Positions 62,244-64,000 of a stretch of 64,000 nucleotides of DNA are shown one piece after another. Below the pieces are notes generated by a model. It did no database searches. It was given only the letters and a program-made list of their open reading frames with translations, and was not told the DNA's origin. Source of the stretch: an uncultured Actinomycetes bacterium (GTDB taxonomy: Bacteria; Actinomycetota; Actinomycetes; Mycobacteriales; Jatrophihabitantaceae); the NCBI GenBank assembly GCA_963708805.1, contig CAVPUA010000003.1, forward strand, positions 750,455 through 814,454, in the 5' to 3' direction. How positions within the stretch are numbered: the stretch's first letter is position 1; each line of letters starts with the position of its first letter. The position numbers and the translations under genes were made by a program.

Positions 62244-62346
62244 AGGGTCTCACCGAACGGGCGAGATCGAAATAGGCGCGCGCCCACATTGCGCCACATT
62301 GCTCGCGATCCTGACCGACCGCGAATTACCCCCGAAAGGGTGCAAC

Positions 62347-62367
62347 ATGTCCAACCGCGAAGGCTGA
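62347..62367 (+). CDS. candidate mini-ORF 1 (MSNREG)
   Basis: ATG TCC AAC CGC GAA GGC TGA, with GAAAGGG ending 6 nt upstream. Confidence 0.35.
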   Translation: MSNREG

Positions 62368-62408
62368 CCCTCGCACTCGTCACGTCCCACCTACTTGAAG
62401 GAGCAGTT

Positions 62409-62426
62409 GTGAACCGCGAAGGCTGA
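62409..62426 (+). CDS. candidate mini-ORF 2 (fM-NREG)
   Basis: GTG AAC CGC GAA GGC TGA, with GAAGGAG (62397-62403) 5 nt upstream. Confidence 0.4.
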   Translation: MNREG

Positions 62427-62466
62427 TCGTCCCTCAGTTCCGTCCCGGCTACCCGAAGGAGCAGTT

Positions 62467-62484
62467 GTGAACCGCGAAGGCTGA
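62467..62484 (+). CDS. candidate mini-ORF 3 (fM-NREG)
   Basis: GTG AAC CGC GAA GGC TGA, with GAAGGAG (62455-62461) 5 nt upstream. Confidence 0.4.
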   Translation: MNREG

Positions 62485-62539
62485 ACCAAACCACGCAGTA
62501 CCGCTAGACCGTGCTACACCACCCCCGCTAGGAGTAATC

Positions 62540-62560
62540 ATGTCCAACCGCGAAGGCTGA
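62540..62560 (+). CDS. candidate mini-ORF 4 (MSNREG)
   Basis: ATG TCC AAC CGC GAA GGC TGA, with AGGAG (62530-62534) 5 nt upstream. Confidence 0.4.
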   Translation: MSNREG

Positions 62561-62702
62561 ACTCACGCTAGCTTAACACCTAACTGGTCGATGCGACACC
62601 TGGGATTTGCGTCGGTCGAGTTCGGTGCGGTCGAACCCCTATCCCGCGCCGTTTCGACACGATCCAGATGTCGGTCGGCCCGAGGCCCAGTTGCCTCCAC
62701 GA

Positions 62703-63980
62703 TCAATCGCCGGCGCCGTGCCTGGCGTTCGTGCGCGGACTGCTGAGCGCGATCCAAATCGCGATCACGGCGCCTGCTGCCCCGGCGAGCGCGACCGTGT
62801 TGCGGGTGCCGATCTGATCGGCCAGCAAGCCGGCGGCGAGTGCCCCGATGCCTTGAACGGCGACGAGCCCGGAAGTCAGCAATCCGGATCCCTGCGCCCG
62901 CATCGAGTTGGGTAGCCGGCGTACATACGCGGCCGTGCTCTGGATGTTGTACCCGGTGGCGACCAGGCCCGACATCGCGAACAGGGCCATCGAGACGACC
63001 AGGTTCGGGTGCATGACGCAGACGGTCAGTGGCAGGCCGGCGACCACGCCCAGCAGGGCGAGCGTGCGGATCGGCAACGACGCCGGCACCCACTTGCCGA
63101 ACACGATCCCGCCGAGCACGCTCCCGGCGGGATCGCTCGCCATCAACAGCCCGACGGCGCCGGCGCCCGCCCCCAGCGCGGCCGCGTACGGGGCCGCCAG
63201 CGCTTCGGGGACCACGTAGAACCCGGCCAGCCACGACAGGCACAGCAGCGAACGAAGGGTGGGGTCTCGCCAGACCAGCTGCGCGCCGGCGGATGTGGAC
63301 GCGAAGAACGACAGGCGCTCGGTCGGTTGCACGGTGTGCGGGTGCACGCCGATCCGCAGGATCAGCGCTGAAGCGAGGAACGTCGCCGCGTCGAGGGCCA
63401 GACCGGTCGAGGAATCCAACCCGGCGACGATGGCCCCGCCGCCGGCGAAACCGACCAGCTGGGCACCCTGGATCGTGATGTTGCGGACCGCCATTCCAGC
63501 GGTGTAGGTGTCGCCTTCGAGGACGTCGGGAAGAACCGCCTGCTGAGCCCCACGAAACGGCCCGCCCAGCAGCGCCATCAACGCCACCAGCAATCCGACG
63601 AGCCACAACGGACAGCCGTGGATCGCCGCTGCGCCGATGAAGGCGGCCCGAGCCAGGTCGAGTGCCACCATCACCCCGCGACGTGGGTAGCGATCACCCA
63701 GACCGCCGAGCAGCGTCCCGCCGATGAAGGCGGGTACGAACGTGAGGGCGTACGCCAGGCCCGTCCATGCCGCCGACCGAGTGTGGTCGAACACGAGGAC
63801 CGCGAGCGCCACCCGAGCCAGCTGATCGCCGGCGATCGAGAGCGTCTCGGCCGACCACAGAGCACGGAACTCGGCGATGGCGAACGGAGCGAGCAGGCCG
63901 CCTCTTGTCGGCCGCTCGGCACTCGAGTGCCTGCCTTGCTCTAGCCGAAGATCCCGGTCGTCGCGACGAGGCACCGACAT
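62703..63980 (-). CDS. MFS transporter (EntS/MFS_3-like)
   Basis: Intact 425 aa with 12 predicted TM helices and the loop motif GGLGDRYPRRGVM between TM2 and TM3. Confidence 0.8.
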   Translation of the reverse strand: MSVPRRDDRDLRLEQGRHSSAERPTRGGLLAPFAIAEFRALWSAETLSIAGDQLARVALAVLVFDHTRSAAWTGLAYALTFVPAFIGGTLLGGLGDRYPRRGVMVALDLARAAFIGAAAIHGCPLWLVGLLVALMALLGGPFRGAQQAVLPDVLEGDTYTAGMAVRNITIQGAQLVGFAGGGAIVAGLDSSTGLALDAATFLASALILRIGVHPHTVQPTERLSFFASTSAGAQLVWRDPTLRSLLCLSWLAGFYVVPEALAAPYAAALGAGAGAVGLLMASDPAGSVLGGIVFGKWVPASLPIRTLALLGVVAGLPLTVCVMHPNLVVSMALFAMSGLVATGYNIQSTAAYVRRLPNSMRAQGSGLLTSGLVAVQGIGALAAGLLADQIGTRNTVALAGAAGAVIAIWIALSSPRTNARHGAGD

Positions 63981-64000
63981 GCCTTCGTCACCTCCGAGAT

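Larger units (their letters stand above)
62334..62560 (+). repeat. array of four copies of a start-AACCGCGAAGGCTGA unit, each preceded by an SD-like element
   Basis: The 15-nt core is identical four times. Copies 2 and 3 belong to a 58-nt tandem unit sharing GTCCCnnCTACnnGAAGGAGCAGTTGTGAACCGCGAAGGCTGA. Confidence 0.85.

Noticed and set aside
62390-62490. 58-nt periodic repeats considered as a small CRISPR array.
   Set aside because: There are only 2 full units (4 core copies), and the repeats contain SD, start and stop signals. The spacers are partly conserved, and no cas genes occur anywhere in the window.

Overview
This is a high-GC (roughly 70%) actinobacterial chromosomal segment, densely coding on both strands. 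I count about 75 protein-coding loci and one complete IS481-family insertion sequence. I saw no rRNA, tRNA or CRISPR array. From 2 to 24 kb the gene order matches what I recall for Mycobacterium tuberculosis Rv0861c-Rv0884c (from memory, needs verification): XPB helicase with its helicase-associated partner, a cspB-like gene, Rv0875c/0876c/0877-like genes, DUF2530, MarR, a TrmH-type methyltransferase, SepH and SerC. Interleaved with these are futalosine genes (mqnD, mqnB), a two-component system, a PabB-PabC fusion and an orphan Dam-like DNA methyltransferase. The middle of the window holds murB, an aldehyde dehydrogenase / TB7.3-like biotinyl protein / gabT block, NfeD-flotillin, ask-asd and def. 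It also holds an Atu/Liu-like acyl-CoA carboxylase cluster: two acyl-CoA synthetases, carboxyltransferase, biotin carboxylase, enoyl-CoA hydratase, a DinB-fold protein, AtuA/DUF1446 with a small partner, TetR and an LLM oxidoreductase. The right 16 kb looks accessory. It contains IS481, a WhiB-DUF3253 fusion in a three-gene overlapping operon, DeoR, a low-GC islet, gadB and a WxL-like surface protein. It also contains a bacterial nitric-oxide synthase translationally coupled to a globin-FNR (flavohaemoglobin-like) protein, a membrane GGDEF cyclase, and an unexplained array of four Shine-Dalgarno-driven mini-ORFs all encoding (S)NREG. About 25 conserved genes between 4.6 and 47.1 kb have reading frames broken by single-base indels (about 9 each in gabT and prpE), while 48-64 kb is clean. 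Many track ORFs are therefore fragments or artificial fusions. I rejoined them by reading conserved motifs across frames, so coordinates for those genes are the reconstructed start and stop, and their types are given as pseudogene, meaning frame-interrupted and possibly a sequencing artefact.
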